From the NCBI GenBank assembly GCA_963716255.1, contig OY970303.1:6944001-7008000 (forward strand): DNA of 64,000 nt, written 5' to 3'. Under the pieces are notes generated by a model that made no database searches, was not told the DNA's origin, and saw nothing but the letters and a program-made list of their open reading frames with translations. Source of the DNA: an uncultured Gemmatimonadales bacterium (GTDB taxonomy: Bacteria; Gemmatimonadota; Gemmatimonadetes; Longimicrobiales; Longimicrobiaceae). Made by a program: the position numbers and the translations under genes. This document shows positions 61,885-64,000 of the stretch, one piece after another (position 1 is the stretch's first letter; the number at the start of each line of letters is the position of its first letter).

Positions 61885-62297
61885 TCCGCCCCATCGCCGC
61901 CGCGCTGCTGCTCGCCGCGGGCGTGGCCTTCATCGCCATCGCGAGCCTTGGCGTAGCGCGCCTCCCCGACGTCTTCCAGCGGATGCACGCGGCGACCAAG
62001 GCCGGCGGTATCGGGTCGAGCCTGGTCGTGCTCGGCGTCCTGGTCGCGGGCGGCGTGGCCCGGCCGGCGACCGGCGTGCTCACCATCGTGCTCATGCTGC
62101 TGACGCTGTCCGTGGCGTCCCAGCTGCTCGCGCGGGCGGCCTACATGTCGGGCGCCCCGCTGCACGGGGTGGATCGCGGAGACCCGCTGGCCGGAGTGCT
62201 GGACCGGGAGGGCGGCCCGCCGGACGATGGCGCCGGCCCGCCCCCGGAGGCCCGGGATGTGCGGGCGGCACCCGGGATGGACCGAGCCAGGGGCTGA
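61881..62297 (+). CDS. mrpG: Mrp antiporter subunit G
   Basis: GVARLPDVFQRMHAATKAG...LARAAY. Confidence 0.9.
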   Translation: MIRPIAAALLLAAGVAFIAIASLGVARLPDVFQRMHAATKAGGIGSSLVVLGVLVAGGVARPATGVLTIVLMLLTLSVASQLLARAAYMSGAPLHGVDRGDPLAGVLDREGGPPDDGAGPPPEARDVRAAPGMDRARG

Positions 62298-62335
62298 TCG
62301 GCCGCCCGTCACCCCACCGGTGGAGGAGCCGGAGC

Positions 62336-63251
62336 ATGGAGCCATTCAGGAGCATCCTCGTCGACGTCGACGCGACGGACCGCGCCCAGCCGGCCCTGGA
62401 GCGCGCCGCGCGCCTGGCGCGCGGCTCCGGCGCGCGTCTCACGATCGTGGACGTGACGGGCGTCCCCTCGTACGCCCGCCCCTACCTGCCGGCCGGCCTC
62501 GAAGAGGAGATGGCGGGGCGCCGGCGCGAGGACCTGGCGCGCCTCGCGGAGGGGGTCGCGGGCATCCCCGTGGAGTCCAGGCTCCTGGTGGGGCGGGGGG
62601 CGGCCGCGCTCGTCGACGAGGCTGCGGCCGCGGGCCACGACCTGGTGGTGCGCGAGGGAGCGCGCGACCTGGTGGCGCCGCGGCGCGAGCCGTCCGGCGC
62701 GGTGAACCTGGAGCTGCTGCGGCGGTGTCCGTGCCCGGTGCTGCTGGTGGGCCCCGGCGGCGCGGCCGGGAACCCGCGGATCGCCGCTGCGGTCGACACC
62801 AGCGCCGAGGCCGGCGGCGAGGCGGACCGCGCGCTGAACGCCAGGATCGCGGAAACGGCGGCGCTCATGGCCGAGCTGGAGGGCGGCTCCGTCACGCTGC
62901 TCCACGCGTGGGAGGTGCTCGCCGAGACCACCGTGCGCCGGCTGGCCTCCCCGGACGGCTACGCGGGCTACCTGGCGGACGCGCGCCGGCGCGCCGCGGA
63001 CGACTTCGACGGCTTCACGCGGTCGCTCGGGGGGGACCCTGTCGGGCGTGCGCGCCGAGATGCGCCGCGGCGAGCCCGAGGACGTCATCTCCGAGTTCGT
63101 GGTCGCGGAGGGGATCGACCTGGTGGTGATGGGGAGCGTGGCCCGGCGCGGCATCCCCGGGTTCCTCATCGGCAACACCGCGGAGCGCGTGCTTCCCAGG
63201 CTCCCCTGTTCCGTTCTCGTGGTCAAGCCCGGCGAGTCCCCCCCCGCGTGA
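62336..63251 (+). pseudogene. UspE-like tandem universal stress protein with a frameshift at a G7 tract
   Basis: The first frame gives ILVDVD...LLRRCPCPVLLV...LLHAW. The C-terminal Usp motifs (IDLVVMGSVARRGIPGFLIGNTAERVL...SVLVVKP) are in the +1 frame. Removing one G from 63029-63035 joins them (RSLGGTLSGVRAEM). Confidence 0.8.
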
Positions 63252-63330
63252 CCGGCGGGGCGGAGCGGCCGGACGCCGGCTCCGGGACCGGGTTCGGCCG
63301 GTTCCGCGCCTCGTTCCTTCCGGGTCCGGT

Positions 63331-63948
63331 ATGCTTCCCTACGTCTTCGACCTGATGGGGGTGGCGGTCTTCGCCGTCAGCGGCGCGCTCGCCGCCAGCC
63401 GCAAGGGGCTCGACCTGTTCGGCGTCCTGGTGTTCGCGGCGATCACCGCCATCGGCGGGGGCACGCTGCGGGACGTGCTCCTGGACCGCCACCCGATCTT
63501 CTGGATGCTGGACCCTTCCTACCTGGGCGTCACCTGCGCCGCCGCCCTGGCCACGGTGCTCTACGTGCGGTATCGGCCCGCCCCCGGCCGCGCCCTCCTC
63601 GTCGCCGACGCGCTGGGCCTGGCGCTCTTCGCGGTCTCCGGGGCGCGCATCGCCGAGGCCGCGGGACTTTCTCCCCTCATCGTCATTCTCCTGGGAACCA
63701 TGACGGGAGTGGCGGGCGGTGTCCTGCGCGACGTGCTGAGCGCCGAGGTCCCGCTGATCCTCCGCCGCGACGTCTACGCCACCGCCGCGGTCGCCGGCAT
63801 CTCGGCGTACCTGCTGCTCCAGTGGCTGGGCGTGCCACGGCCCGCGGCGGCGGCCGTGGGGATGGTCGTGGTGGTGGGGCTCCGGCTGCTCGCGATCGTG
63901 CGCGGCCTCGGCCTGCCCGTCGCACGTCTCCCCCACCAGCCTTCGTGA
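63331..63948 (+). CDS. Trimeric intracellular cation channel (YadS/UPF0126) family membrane protein
   Basis: FAVSGA...DLFGV...TAIGGGTLRDVLL and DALGLALFA...TGVAGGVLRDVL (internal duplication typical of the family). Confidence 0.9.
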   Translation: MLPYVFDLMGVAVFAVSGALAASRKGLDLFGVLVFAAITAIGGGTLRDVLLDRHPIFWMLDPSYLGVTCAAALATVLYVRYRPAPGRALLVADALGLALFAVSGARIAEAAGLSPLIVILLGTMTGVAGGVLRDVLSAEVPLILRRDVYATAAVAGISAYLLLQWLGVPRPAAAAVGMVVVVGLRLLAIVRGLGLPVARLPHQPS

Positions 63949-64000
63949 TCCCTGCGGAGACGGGGCCGGCGCGGGGACCGACCCGAGCATCGCCGCCGCG

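Overview
Very high-GC bacterial DNA. Gene content and style suggest Gemmatimonadota (Longimicrobium-like), but this is inference only. The window is dominated by one uninterrupted ~44.1 kb gene (6409-50529, ~14,700 aa) encoding a complete hybrid lipopeptide assembly line: FAAL-ACP, 3 NRPS modules, one minimal KS-AT-ACP module, 8 more NRPS modules (two with E domains) and a TE, about 41 domains in all. Upstream are an ABC ATPase and an ABC-permease/M1-aminopeptidase fusion (minus strand), divergent from a LytS/LytTR pair. Downstream are a secreted M1 peptidase, a Gre-like protein lacking the catalytic tip motif, an ECF sigma factor convergent with a zf-HC2 anti-sigma, an mrpAB-C-D-E-F-G antiporter operon flanked by two Usp genes (one frameshifted), and a YadS/TRIC-family gene. 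Main non-obvious signals: (1) a four-copy, multi-helix repeat with compensatory base changes, always lying sense-oriented just downstream of a gene; (2) pieces of the companion palindromic repeat inserted in frame inside two NRPS A domains; (3) an identical bipartite motif, YGTAACG-N13-CGAGACCG, upstream of the ECF sigma, its anti-sigma and the Gre-like gene, suggesting a compact regulon. No CRISPR array, tRNA, rRNA or transposase was seen. Domain boundaries and specificity codes were read by eye and are approximate.
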